Origin: Octopus vulgaris
Lineage: Eukaryota
Assembly (NCBI GenBank): GCA_951406725.2
Contig: OX597823.1
Location: 54,374,001-54,438,000, forward strand
Length of the DNA stretch: 64,000 bases
Reading direction: 5' to 3'
Under the pieces are notes generated by a model. It did not search any database and was not told the DNA's origin. It saw only the letters and a program-made list of their open reading frames with translations. Made by a program: the position numbers and the translations under genes. The first letter of the stretch is position 1. Each line of letters starts with the position of its first letter. Of this stretch, positions 1 to 14,020 are shown piece after piece.

Positions 1-231
1 AATAATTTTATAGTATTTTATAGTAGGTTTTGTAAATGCTTATATTATTTTATTGGATATAACTTTCTATGTGTATTCCATACAATAAGGTTATCCTGAA
101 ATAGAGTGGTGGTTCTATTGGTAAAATCCCAAATTTGTAATAATATTATAAATGATACTGTTTACATTGAATTAGTAAAGTGTAAAATAGTAAATGTCCT
201 GATAACCTGGAATACTTATTATTCCCTAAGA

Positions 232-270
<39 letters not shown>

Positions 271-280
271 TAGATATAGA

Positions 281-532
281 TAAATTAAAAAATGGAGTTA
301 AATGCAGGTGTTATTCAAATCTTTATACTTCTGTCATATGTTTTGAAGAAGACATTGGTATTATTCCCGATGGAATAAAATAATGTAAAACAATGTAATC
401 ATCTTGTCAGGGAAAAAAGGAGAAACAAAACACATCAATAAGCTATTTTAACCACCAATGTTTTCTTTGAAACCTATGTCGGAAGTATAAATGTTTGAAT
501 AACACCTGCATTTAACTCCATTTCTTAATTTA
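281..532. repeat. Long inverted repeat (~78 bp arms)
   Basis: TAAATTAAAAAATGGAGTTAAATGCAGGTGTTATTCAAA..ACATTGGT versus ACCAATGT..TTTGAATAACACCTGCATTTAACTCCATTTCTTAATTTA. Confidence 0.85.
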
Positions 533-3009
533 TATATGTTATTCAAAAACATTTCACTAAAACCTGGAACTTCTACCTTTATAAGTAGGCTGTAACATCC
601 TTGGCATTTATGTGAATTTTTGCTACCCTGGTAACTATTTATATATTTATTTATTTATTGTGTATTATTTGCACACATTGAAAAAATATACATGCATTTA
701 TATATATATATGTGTGTGTGTTTGTGTTTCTCATTGAATCTAGACTTTAAAGTACATTGGAATATAATACATTTGTTCTTTGTTGTGACTATCATTATGA
801 TTTTTACAAGATAGATCCAATAAAGGCCATCTTTCTTACATTGTACTCTTATAACCTTTTGTCTTTGTGAACTCCAATAAAAGCAAAGTTATTGTCCTTG
901 ACATTAAGAATACCTTTAACCATATCATGCTCAAGAATCTTCTGGTAAAATTGCTTAGTTATATGCTCTACTCGTCTGTCATTGTTAGGATAGGAATCTT
1001 CCTTTAATATTGCTGTATTGCAGCACTTTGATACTTGTCAATTTGGCTGTACATCAAGTTCAGTAATATTGCATTTCCTTGAAATCAATGACCTGTTCAC
1101 TATCACTTCTAACAACTTATGCTTCTGCTCAGATGTCATCATCTTCATTCTTCTCAAACTGCCTTCAGGCTTCCATAACAAAACTTAAAGCCACACACCA
1201 GGTATATCCCTTTCATTACTGTATTTATTTTGAGATGCTCTGTGTTTCTTTCAATCGTTTTAAATATAACAAAGAATTTAGTAAAACAATTTAGTTATCA
1301 TTCAGCTAGTGTTAGGAACATAAATTGTGGCTAAGGTTTGGTGGAAGATTTTAATTCAAAACTTATGAAAACAAGATATTTTACCACAGAGCCAGAGCCG
1401 GTTTTGGCCGGGTTAGTAACAAAAGGGATATATAATTGTTTCTTATTTAAGCACAAAGTCAGTAATCTTGGGGAAGTTTAACTGATGACATCAATGCAAG
1501 TACTCGACTGGTAGTTTATTTTGTAGGCTTCAAAAATATGAGAGAAAGTTGATTTTGGCAAGATTTGAATTCAGAATGTAAACAGTAAAAAAAAAAAGAT
1601 TTTTGTTATGTTGTATGATTCTGCCAGTTTGCCGCTTTTTGTATGAATAATCAGTCACATAGTTAAATGCAGATTACATATTTATTGATGTTGGCAGGCA
1701 CTGAACTAAATGTTTTACAATTTATGTGGATGAGAAACTAGCTTCTAACCATGTGCTCTCGGGTTCAGTCCCACCACATGGCATCTTGGGGCAAATGTCT
1801 TCTACTCTAGCCCTGGGCCGACCAAAGTGTTGTGAATGGAATTAGTAGATGGAAGCTGAAAGAACTCTTTCATATTTGCATAATTGTGTGTGTGTGTGTG
1901 GATATAGCTAGATAGATATTCATACATACATGCACAATTATATACACATACATATATATTTATTATATATACACACATTCCCGGCCGATGCACAAGGATT
2001 ATGGCGTTAGGAAGGGCATCCAACTGTAGAAGTACTGCCAGATCAGACTGGAGCCTGGTGCAGCTCTCTGGCTTCCCAGACCCCAGTCGAACCGTCCAAC
2101 CCATGCTAGCATGGAAAACGGACGTTAAATGATGATGATGATGATGACATACACTCACACACATGCATACATAATGCAGGTATGCCTTTAATCTTACTAG
2201 TACTAGTATTCTGGGTAATATATATGCAGTACTTAACAGTTCTACTTTGTATATTTGTACCATGTCTGTTTATAAATAGATTATATCTTATTAATGGGAT
2301 TGGTTTATTTTCCATCTACTAGAATTTAAACGTCTTTTAGCAAACTTTTACTTTATCAGTGTGTACAGACAAATTCCTGAGTATTATTTGCGCAATGATT
2401 TTACCACTATGTTGCATCATGTATGTTTCCATTATCTATTTTCTGCACCCATTGTGTGATGTTGATATAGTTTCTTGTGCAGATATCTATCATGATAATG
2501 TTGCTGCCGTTGTTAGATCACCCCACCCCTCCTCATTAACTCTGATTGAACAGACCTATTATCAAAAGCATTTTAGCTGTAATCATCCTATCATTTTGTA
2601 TATCAAAAATTACATTGTCCAATGTATATTTAGCTTCATATAGGACAGTAGGATGTAATCTGAGGGAGATTTGACTGCTACTTCTAACAAGTTAACACTT
2701 TTGATACCAACCTGTTTAGTTCAGTCCTTGGCTCTTAAATACAAAAGCTTTTGCTTTAAATTGTGCTTAAATTAAAACTGCTCCTCATAATTTAATCTAA
2801 GACCCATTTGATATGTTTTGTTCTAAACACCCACTTAATGTACAAATATATGTATATATATATATAAAATATATAATCCATAACCATTAGTCCAACAAAA
2901 TACATTTTGTCATACTAATGACTATAGATTGAATATTTTATTTACTCTTGACCTTATCTTGAGTTCTTTATTCCAAGTAGGTGGACATATAAATATGTAT
3001 ACATTTAGG

Positions 3010-3220
3010 TATTTGTTTTGCAAAACTCCTGATGTGAAATCATGTGTTGAAACAGATATTATATTTCAGGATGTGTTTTTTTTGTGCCAGATAACAACAT
3101 GCACTATGTACTTGTTCTTCACTTTAGCTTTATTCTTATTATTATCCTTATTTTAGTGTCCTTTGTCTGAAATCTTTCATCATGTGTCCTGTAATCTCTT
3201 CAGTGATTCCCCATCTCACA
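3010..3220 (-). mobile_element. Single arm of the hammerhead-bearing non-autonomous repeat (same family as 24951-25320)
   Basis: Shares TTTGCAA..CTGATGTGAAATCATGTGTTGAAACAG..; minus strand CTGAAGA..GAT-GAAA-GATT-TC at ~3165-3207. Confidence 0.6.
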
Positions 3221-3855
3221 TGTCTCTTCTTGTCCTGTTTAAAGAAAGAAAATGGAATGAACAGCTTTCTTTATTTCAAATCACTACAATTGTCTCAACA
3301 CATTTTTACAACTTTAGTATATAGGTGAGGTGTTGTGTAAATCCTTATCATACATCCAAGATATAAATTGCGCTGCCTCAGGTGATTGTTTAAAAAAGTC
3401 CTGTGTTAGATCCTCTTGTCATTTCACTCAATGTGATAATACATACCCAAAGTAATGTGTCATTTTCAGTAATTTACTCACCTTTCATCATCTGACACAA
3501 AATCATCTCCTCCACTGCCCTTTCAAAGGTTCCTTATATTACAAGTTACTTGGTGACCTTGCTGGTGCTGGTGTCATGTAAAAAAGCATTCAGTCCACAC
3601 TGTGAAGTGGTTGGCATTTGGAAGGGCATCTAGCTATAAAAATCATGCTAAAACTGACCTTGCCTGTGCTTGTGCCACATAAAAACTACTCAGTCCACTC
3701 TGAGGTGTGGTTGGAGTTAGGAAGGGTATCCAGCTGTAAAAACCATGCTGAAACAGATGTAGAAGCCTGGTGTAGTCTTCTGCCGGGTCAGCTCCTGTCA
3801 AACCATCCGACCCATGCCAGCATGGAAGGCGGATGTTAAACGATGATCATGTACA

Positions 3856-3906
<51 letters not shown>

Positions 3907-4370
3907 CTATATGTATGTATAAATGTGTTTCATCATCAAAAAAGTTGTCTTTCACACTGATGCTCTGTTTGGTAAAAGGAGGAACCCAACAACTGAAATG
4001 CAGTAAAATGATTACACCACACACCCTTTTCAATCCTCTGTCTTTCTTCTCTCTTATATTCACCTTCTCACACTTTGAAGGTACACCCTGATGACTTATC
4101 ACCACCTTTTCTCATTTCCCTCTCTTTCCATCTGGGGTAGTCATTTATTTCTTCTACAGTGAAGGTGAAACACCTGGTATAATGCTCTCTTCTTCACTGA
4201 AATGAGTAGAATTTATGCCATGTGAACCACTTTGTGACGTCACTCATTTGTGCTAGTGCCACCAAAAAAGCACCCTGTACACTCTGTAAAGTGGTTGGCA
4301 TTAGTAGGGCATCCAACCACAGAAACCATGTCAAAACAGATATATTAAAGCTTGACAGAGTCCTCTAGCT

Positions 4371-4712
4371 CAGTGCTGCTCAGTGGTGGTCTGTGGACTG
4401 GTGCCAGTCCGCAAGCCATCAGCTGCTGGTACGCTGCAAGTTTCCAGAATAGAAAGAAGCATTATGAAATGCTTATGTAATATTGTATTATTAGTTTACA
4501 GAATAAATATAACTCTCTTTACTCTCTTTTTTACTTGTTTCAGTCATTTGACTGTGGCCATGCTGGAGCACCACCTTTAGTTGAGTAAATCGACCCCAGG
4601 ACTTATACTTTGTAAGCCTAGTACTTATTCTATCGGTCTCTTTTGTCGAACTGCTAAGTGACGGGGATGTAAATACACCAGCATCGGTTGTTAAGCGATG
4701 TTGGGGGTACAA

Positions 4713-4751
<39 letters not shown>

Positions 4752-5075
4752 CATATACATATCTACGACGGGCTTCTTTCAGTTTCCGTCTACCAAATCC
4801 ACTCACAAGGCTTTGGTCGGCCCAAGGCTATAGTAGAAGACACTTTCCCAAGGTGCCATGCAGTGGGACTGAACCCAGAACCATGTGGTTGGTAAGCAAG
4901 CTACTTACCACACAGCCACTCCTGCGCCTATAAGATAAAAAAAAATTGTCAACTTTTATTATATTCACTATATGTGTTTCCAGTATAAATTAATATTACA
5001 AAGAAAAATTCCGGTCCCTGGCACATTGGAAAAAAAACTGCCAGTACACCATATCAGATAGTTTGAGAAGCGCTG
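4371..5075. mobile_element. hAT (Charlie-like) MITE interrupted by a SINE
   Basis: TIRs CAGTGCTGCTCA / TGAGAAGCGCTG; 8-bp TSD CTCTAGCT / CTGTAGCT. Confidence 0.75.
4515..4930 (-). mobile_element. tRNA-derived SINE family A, full length; other copies ~1720-1880, 7830-7990, 15800-16010, 16810-17130, 27858-28015, 33333-33710, 35060-35400, 40470-40860, 61460-61830
   Basis: Head GGCGCAGGAGTGGCTGTGTGGTAAG..GGTTCAGTCCC (A/B boxes), internal (TA)/(TG) tract, AAAAGAGT-type tail. Confidence 0.85.
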
Positions 5076-5790
5076 CTGTAGCTCATATAGTATTTACAGT
5101 CATGCTTTTGTTCTAATTCCCTAATTTCAATATTTTTCTCTATCCTAAGACAATAAAATCTGAACTTGACGGGTCAGTAGGTGGGAGATGTGTTTTTATT
5201 GTAAAAAAAAAGAGTTTTTATAAAATATATACTAGGATAGAATATAAAATTATTAAATTATGATTATAAAATATGTATCGTGAAGTATATATGGCTAACC
5301 CATAAGGTTTGATGCTACTGTTGCTGGAGATGGGAACGATGACTTCACTTTGCAAATACTGATAAGGCACAGATAGTGTGTCAATAGCCAGCTGGAGGAG
5401 ATGTCTTCCTAAGAAATATACTTCACAATGTCATGCAGCTACGGTTTATACCTTGCTCAGAGATTTATTGTTGTTTATAAAATATGTAATTTTTATTTTA
5501 ATTTCTGACTGTGTGATTAAAGATAATTTTACCATGGTAGTACATTATCATTATTATTATTATCATTATTATTTAAGGTAGCAAGCTGGCAGAATTGTTA
5601 GCACACTGGACAAAAATACTTAGTGGTATCTTGCCCATTGCTATATTCTGAGTTCAAATTCCACCGAGGTCGACTTTGCTTTTTATCCTTTTGGGGTCAA
5701 TAAAATAAGTACCAGTTGAACACTGGGGTTGATGTAATTGACTCATTCCCTCCCCCAAAACTGCTGTCCTTGTGGAAAAATCTGAGACCA

Positions 5791-5845
<55 letters not shown>

Positions 5846-7199
5846 CATTATCATTAAGGCAGAGAGCTGACAGAATTAACATGCCAGGCAAAATGCTAAG
5901 TGGTATTTTGCTCGTCACTATGTTCTGAGTTCAAATTCTGCTGAGGTTGACTTTGCCTTCCATCCTTTTGGGGTCGATAAATTAAGTACCAGTGAAACAC
6001 AGGGGTCAATGTAATAGACTAGTCTCCTCCCCACAAATTTTAGGCCTTGTGCTTATAATAGAAAGGATTATTGTTATAATTATTATAAGTAGTAGTATTG
6101 GTATCAGTATTATTATTATCCAGTCTTTTAAATCCAGTTGAGGGCTATTGTGCTACAGTTTTTATAAATATTCTTCTCTGTTTATACATATTTCTCCATT
6201 ACTTCTATTCTTATGCAGATATCCCTTTTAGTACTCTGTGCTGTTTTTAGTAAGTTCACTAGTTGGTTCTCATCGTTTTGCATCTGTGTATAAAAAGATG
6301 CAGCATTAAAGTGTGGATATATTCATCAAGCTAGCAAAGCAATCACATTGTAATGTTAGGCAGTAGTCATTTATACTGCTTAGTTAATGTACCTGAAATA
6401 AAAAAAAAAAAAAAAAAAAGGTAAAATAAAAGAAAAAAGAATAAAAAAATCCTCCTCATACCCCTCACTATCCTCTTCCTCACCTTCCTCCTCCTTCCTC
6501 CCACCCTCCTCCTCCACTTCTCACTATCTTCCTCCTCTTTCTCAACATCCTCCTCTTCCTCCTCACCATCCTCCTTCTCACCATCTTCTTTATCATCATC
6601 ATTAAAGCTCCTTCCTGAGTCATGTAGACTCATGGGGCCAGTTTCCTATTTTTGAGGCATATATATTTCTCCCATATATTCTTCATTTCAATGGAACTCC
6701 AGTCCATTGCAAGAATACTCTTTTTTGCCAACTGACTGAACTGGAACAATGTGAAATGAAGTGTTTCACTCAAGAACACAATGCATTGCACAGTCCAGGA
6801 ATTGAAATCACAGTCTTATGATCATACGCCCAACACCATAACCACTAAGCCATGCACCCCCAATCTTCATCATCATTGTTTAACATATACTAATTCATTG
6901 AAGTACATGTCATATAGCTCAACATCGTTTCAGATACCAGCCTTTACCTGTTTCCATGCAAGGTAATATTTTACCATGGTCAGACATGTTTTATACAAGA
7001 AGATCAGAAAGAAACGGTATCATTTATATGATGGTGATATTCATTTACAGTCACCACATGTCAAGCTAATGGTACAAAGAAACACACACATACACACACA
7101 CACTCACATGCATGCATATACACACACACACACATAAACACACACAATGCACTCATGTGCATATACACACACACATACATGATGCCATGGCCAGAACAG

Positions 7200-7740
7200 T
7201 CTGGGACAGGATAACAAAACAGGAAAACACCTACAGATAAAGTTGACTATATTGAGACAGAAAAAAATATTGGTGGAAGTTAAAAATTAAAACCGCTACC
7301 AGGTTAAAGCACAACTGGCCAGATATTGTTGAATGGAACCACAAGAAAAAGATATGCTCTGTTGTGGAAATCAGCTGCCCTCTGGATCCCAATGTGGTTA
7401 GAAAAATACAAGGGGAAAGAGGGCATCTATGGACCATTGATAAGTAGATTGCAAATCCAGTACCCAAGATAAACGTTCAGTTTCATATCTATTACTTTTG
7501 GAGCAACAGGATACATGCCAACTTGTCTCGAGCAAAGTATGGCTGGACTTGGGTTCTTGTGGAGAGAAAGCAAATCCTTAATTCATACTCTGCAAAAGAT
7601 CACGCTATTTGGGGCTATAAAATTCTGCAAAACCTTCTTAAGGTTTAAAGGATGATGAACGAAACAAGATGCTTTCCTTTACAACCTTGCTACCAAGCAA
7701 GTGACTGGTCAAACTTAATTCTAAATTAAAGAGAAGAGAG
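7200..7740 (+). mobile_element. R4/Dong-like (restriction-like endonuclease) LINE 3' fragment
   Basis: YWWKLKIKTATRLKHNWPDIVEWNHKKKICSVVEISCPLD, matching the HNRPD..(D/E) REL endonuclease pattern; frameshifted. Confidence 0.7.
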
Positions 7741-7741
7741 A

Positions 7742-7783
<42 letters not shown>

Positions 7784-8410
7784 GCATGCACACACACACA
7801 TACACACACTCACATGCACACACATACATCAGGCTTCTTGAAATTTCCTTCTACAAAATCCACTCACAAAGCTCAGATTGGCTTGGTGCTGTAGAAGAAG
7901 ATACTCAATCAAGGTGCTGTGCCATGGGACTGAACCCAATACCACATGGTTGATCAGATAACTTCCCAGCCACATAGCCATGCCTGTGTACATGTGTTAT
8001 AACATTTTAGAATATAAAAAATAATAAAATAGAAGCAATATCTGAATTAAAAATATTTGAATCCAAGAGATATTGAATTCAGTCAGACATTTATGAATCC
8101 GATTTGATTTGTAACTAACTCTGCTTCCGCATTTCACTGTTCTATTCATAGAAACACACCCCGTACCCCTGCACGCCTCATTCAGGTTGATGAATTATGA
8201 CATAGCTTTCTTTTCTTTCTTTCATTTTTTTTTTTCCGTTTCGAAGGGCGAATAAGTGATCAGGGTGTAAACAGAGATAAAAAGGCGATTTTTGATCTTC
8301 TATAGTCATTTTTATCTATGTCAGCTGATAATGAAATAACTGCAGTACTCCATGAATCTCATGACTTGTATTTCATTAGGATTGGAAAGTGTTTATTATT
8401 ACTATAAAAC

Positions 8411-8434
8411 ATGACAACTGACAACTTTCTTGAG
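8411..8434 (+). CDS. Candidate first coding exon of the Rab32/38 gene (MTTDNFLE)
   Basis: AAAAC-ATG context, 8 codons, then GAG|GTTTGT phase-0 donor matching the phase-0 acceptor at 15397. Lies in a repeat-free stretch (~8100-8520). Cannot be verified without RNA data. Confidence 0.4.
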
Positions 8435-8573
8435 GTTTGTAATCTATCTTGTTTCTGTGTTTTCCCCACGAAAATTAAGACCTTACTTGGATTAATGTTT
8501 CATCCAAACTTGAATACAATGTTATGACTATAAAACAATGATCATACATATGTATCTCTGTCTCTCTTTCTCC

Positions 8574-8575
<2 letters not shown>

Positions 8576-8635
<60 letters not shown>
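8576..8635. repeat. (TA)n microsatellite; representative of many (TA)n, (CA)n, (TTA)n and (GAT)n tracts
   Basis: Direct reading; others include ~236-268, 3864-3903, 5793-5845, 28830-28864, 31900-31966, 62720-62785. Confidence 0.95.
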
Positions 8636-8639
<4 letters not shown>

Positions 8640-8979
8640 GCCAGTATCAATGTTTGTTATATGTGTACCTGTAGTGGTTAGCTTGTCTCCCTTCCTGGCT
8701 AGAAGTATGTCAGTGTATTTTAATCAGCTACTTTTGTACAAATATTCTGAGAAAAAGTGAACAATGAATATACATTTTGAACAATTGTGTGTGTGTATCT
8801 GTGTGTCTATATTTCTATGTGTATAGATATATGATGTACATACATTAGTGTTTGTATGGTTATGGATAAAAAGTCTTCTAAAGACATTAATCCCTCTACT
8901 ACACTACTACACATTGACTCAAGTACACTTTCAGTTTAACAATATCAACATTGAAAAATAGTGTGATAGAGTAAAGGCA

Positions 8980-9025
<46 letters not shown>

Positions 9026-9399
9026 GCAATATATGTGTCTGTGTCACTTTCTGAGATATAAAAAGGATATACTAACTTGTCTATCTGTCCTGTATGAATG
9101 TAATCATTAGTATTTAGTTTTATTTCTAGATTTCTTACCAACGGAGTTAGTCAGTTTCTAACCTAGAGCCATGGCTCCTTTCTTAGAATTTCAAAATCAT
9201 TCAGGATATTTGTACATGTTTGTATGTATATGTGCAAGTATTTAGAGTCAGATATGTCTCATTTTATCTATGTATACTCATACATATAAGCTGTATGTCT
9301 AGACATATGCATATGTACTTATATGCTAAACTTTGGAACGATTTACATATTTTGACAGTTCTATTGATGGCTTGTATCAGTAGTCTTCTAATTATCCTC

Positions 9400-9700
9400 T
9401 CTTTTCTGATTTTCAGAAAATTAATTTCTGAAGATTGGTGCTAAATTTTTTTTTATGTATCCTAGTACCCCCAATAATTACAGGTATGAATCTGAAATTG
9501 TAATCTAGGTGGAGTAGCTGTATATTTCTCAATAGTTCAGCGTGGGTGTTTTCTCTTTCATTGATCTTTAACTTTATGTTGACATCCATTGGGCAACAAA
9601 TTTCCACTATTACACATGATTTCTCTTCATAATTTATCTCAAATCACAATATCTGGTCTATTATGTTTGCATTTAATTGAGGTTTTCACCAGTACTCTTT
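9400..9700 (-). mobile_element. R4/Dong-like REL endonuclease fragment
   Basis: ..PDIVI..EICCPMDVNI..FRFIPVIIG; same family as 7200-7740. Confidence 0.65.
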
Positions 9701-11358
9701 CATATTATGAGTGGTTACAGTCTAAGTGTGTGTGTGAATATCATTATTTTAACATCCACTTTTCCATGCTGGCATAGGCTGGATGGAGATTATTGAGGCA
9801 AATTCTCTACAGCAGGATACCCCTCCTATCACCAACCCTCTTCTATTTGCGACCAAAGTAATATTGCCCCTTGACCAGACATATTTTTACAAAATACTCA
9901 AAATAAATGACGCCTTGTATAATAGTGACACTCATGTACAACTACATGAGATCTTTGTATAAGGATACACAAATACACACATACTCACAGTTACAAACAC
10001 ACACACACATAAACACTTACACATACACATGTGTGTGTAAAAGTATGTTTATGTATATATATGATGATGATGTATAAAGTTTCCGTTTCCATGCCTACAT
10101 GGGTCATGTGAGATTTGTTGAAGATTTTTCTGCAGCTAGAATCCCTCCCACTCACAAAGTCTTTCTGGTTTCTAAGCAAGCCAATATTTTCCAATGGCCA
10201 GAGATGTTTTCATGGAAGACTGAAAATGAGGATCACTGCTTATATGACAATGACACTCATTTATGTTTGGTGAATGACATGAAGACAAAGCTACATAAGC
10301 ACACATCCACACACACACACACACAATGTGGCAGAATGCAGAACAGGCATGGTATACAGATAGATGATAGACGAGAACTTTAAATCTAACCCTTACATCC
10401 AGAGCTGGTACCTCCAGTGTCAAAAGTTAGCTATAAGAACAATCCTCATTGAGATGGTCTGGAAGTAGAAAGATAGATAAAAACACAAGCTGGCTTAATA
10501 CATATATCACAGTGTCACAGTATCGGCCAGACCATCTGATGCTGTTATACACCACTGTATAACACAATGCAGTTCCATCTCCTATCAATCTCTTTGCATC
10601 TACTGGTTTGTTTATGCTTCTGTAACTTAGTGGTTCAGCATAAGAGACTGAAGTATTCACTTCTTTCTTCTCTGTTTTTCTTTACTTGACGAAAGACCAA
10701 CATCCTCTCAACGATTAGCCAGAGATGAGTTTTAAAATGAGAATATCTGAAATAAACTCGACTGCTCTCACAAGCAAGAATACTAAAAATGAACTCAACC
10801 ACTTCTCAAAAATTAAGTAAAAAAAAAAACGGAAAATATAATCTTGAATCCTTGTCTGGTACTGGATCAATCCCATTGAACTTTTTGATTCTTTGTTTAT
10901 AATGTAAAATGAATTATCGTGTACTCTTATTTGTTTTTGTTGTTGGGATTTCTTTATCCTTTCTTTTCTTTTCTTTTTATTTTTGTTCCTGAAATCTAAA
11001 TGGATATCTTTACCATGCTAACATAGGATTTACCTCTGGATTACACTGCTCTGAATTGATATTAATAGAATTAGAAGTCCATCTGAAAATAATAATGAAG
11101 TGTTAATATTAATATTGATATAATTCAGCAAGCTGGTAGAATCATTAGCGTGCCGGGCAAAATATTTAGTAGCATTTTGTCTGTCCTTATGTTTTGAGTT
11201 CAAATTCTGCTGAAGCCAATTTTGCTTTACAACCTTTTGCAGGCAACGAAATAAGTACCATTTAAGCATTGGGGTCAATGTAATCAATGTAATCAATTTA
11301 TCCTCTCCCTGATATTGCTGGCCTTGTGCCAAAATTAGAAACCAACAGTAATATTAAT

Positions 11359-11730
11359 ACAAGAACACTCAGAGAGTGCAAACCTCCGCCAAGGCAACAC
11401 CAACATCCTCTCAACGATTAGCCGGAGATGAATTTTAAAATGAGAATATCTGAAATAAACTCGACTGCTCTCACAAGCAAGAATAATACTAAAAATGAAC
11501 CCAACCACTCTCAAAAATTAAGTAAAAAGAAAAACGAAAAATAATCCTGAATCCTTGTCTGGTATCAGATTGATCCCAAAATCTAATCAGTTTGTGCCAA
11601 TCATGGAGCCAAATATCCCTGAAAGTTTCATCCAAATCCATCCAGTGGTTCATGAGATATCTTGTCCTTGGACAAACAAACAAATGCAACTGAAAACAAT
11701 ACCTCTGCCTTTACTAAGATGGAAGTAATA
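11359..11730 (+). mobile_element. Helentron-associated (HINE/DINE-like) non-autonomous element; partial copy at ~10697-10875
   Basis: ACAAG..ACCTCCGCCAAGG near one end; (AAAC)n then ACCTCTGCCT..GGAAGTAATAA hairpin at the other. Confidence 0.55.
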
Positions 11731-12191
11731 AGTGTAGGCCTGGCTGTGTGATCAAAGTGACTATGAAACCAATCAAAACCTTGTAAGTGGATTTCATAGA
11801 TGGAAACTGAAAGAAGCCCACGATATATAATGTGTATGTGTGTGTGTGAGTGTGTGTGGTTGTTTCTCCTTATTTTGATATTGCATAATTTGTAAATAAA
11901 GCTCCACGAGGCTCCAGCAGGGATGGTGTCGAACCCTGCTGTACTCTTTCACCACAACTTTCTCTCACTCTTTCTTCCTGTTTCTGTTGTACCTGTATTT
12001 CAAAGGGCCAGCCTTGTTACACTGTGTGTCATGCTGAATGTCCCTGAGGACTACGTTAAGGGTACACGTGTCTGTGGAGTGTTCAGCCACTTTCACCAGC
12101 AAGCTGTTCCGTTGATTGAATCAACTGGAAACCTTGTCATTGTAAACAACGGAGTGCCACTATATATGTGTGTATGTGTGTGTGTGTTTAT

Positions 12192-12264
<73 letters not shown>

Positions 12265-12585
12265 AATGTGCATGACTTAGAGCGTTGGGCACACAATCAT
12301 AAGGCAGTGAGTTCGATTCCTAGACTAGGCTGTGTGTTGCATTCTTGAGCAAGACACTCTATTTCATGTTGCTCCAGTTCAATTAGATGTAGAGATGAGC
12401 TGCAACATCACTGGTGCAAAGCTGTATCAGCCTTTGCCTCTCCCTTGAATAACATCGTTGGGGTGGACTGGGGAGTCTGGTATGCATGGGTGACTGTTGG
12501 TCTTCTATAAACATCCTTGCCCAGGCTTGTTTCTTGAAGGGGAACTTTCTAGGTGCAATCTCATGACCAAAGGAGGTGGGGCCAT

Positions 12586-12617
<32 letters not shown>

Positions 12618-14020
12618 CGTCATCATCATCCAGTGGTTTAAATCCGGGTTTTGTCCACATTAATGAGTGTGGCCGGATCTACCTCAATGCCATAGCAACC
12701 GAGGTAGGCAGGTGCAGCCCACCCCAACCTTTGGGCTGGCTGGTGCCCATTTTCTTTTGCTATCATGAGATTCTTTTGGAGCTGGATTTTCTACAGGGAG
12801 CATGCCCTTGCTTACCTCCAACCTCATTTTCTGGACATGAGTGGTCCCGAAACCAAGGCCTCTACCATGATTTTTTAAGAAATGTGGTGGAAAACTAGCT
12901 CAGGAAGGCAGGGACTCTACTCCCTGAGACACCTTTCGGAACCCCCCTACTTATATACACACACACACACACCTTATTTATGTAATGCTGAAATAGCTAC
13001 TACAATTTGACAGAATTATCACAAAGGATTGATGTATTTCTATTGTGGTTGTTTGGGGTTTTATTCACTGCACATATTATTTTTCATGTTGGTCTATGAA
13101 TAATTCAAACAAAAAGTAATTTATACACATGGGAATAGATAAACTCTGCAGTAATGACAAAATAGCTGCTTCGTATATCTGCATGACTATACTGTCATGA
13201 CACCAAATAATAAGTGTTTAAGTGAAGCTGACAGTCTTTTAATATCTTTGAATAGCTAATATGTGCTTTCCCTGTTGCAATCATTTTAGTTTAAAATCAT
13301 GGTTTCAGCACAAAAATCACTTGCCTGGTAAGTATCCCTTTGAAACATTGACAGACTTCATGTTAAAATGAAGAAAAGTTTAGAAATTTCTTTTGGAACA
13401 GTGTATTTTATGACTTGTAGGGACACTGTATTTCATTAAGCAAAGTATATAAAACGTTTTTTTTTTAAATAGTAAATAAGTAAATTAAACGTTTTTTTTT
13501 TAATAAGTAAATTCTGTGTTCTACTGTGTTAGCAGTGCTATTATATCACTTGTTAAGGTTATCTGTACAGATTTTCTATAGAAATTATAGTGCTGGCTAT
13601 AATTTCTATAGAAAGTCTATAGAGATAACCTTAACAAATGTAATTTTGAAGAATGTTTCTTATAGCATCATTGATATAATGACATTGCTTCAATTAACTG
13701 TAAAAATTAGTGTTGTGTCAAATAAAAACAAATGGACAAAACAGAGTCAAAGAGTAATGGTAGTATATTTACAAGAATCTAAGTTTGTCTGGGTTTCAAT
13801 TCCCTGTTTGTTACCATTTGCTTTTTTTATCAGTTGTACTCTCGGAAAAAAGCTTCATTATAATTTCCTCTTTCTTTTCTTTACATTCCTATTGTTTGCC
13901 TGTACGTAGATATGTTGATGTTCGTATGTTTTTGTTTCAGATTTTGAGATTTCCTGTTTATATGTTTTGGTGAATTTATGGTTTATTTGTTCGTTTGGTT
14001 TTAAATAGCTGTTATGTGCT

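Noticed and set aside
6367-6633. Acidic ORF (DDDDKEDGEKEDGEEEEE)
   Set aside because: Translation of a degenerate (CCT)/(CAT) microsatellite next to a poly-A tract.
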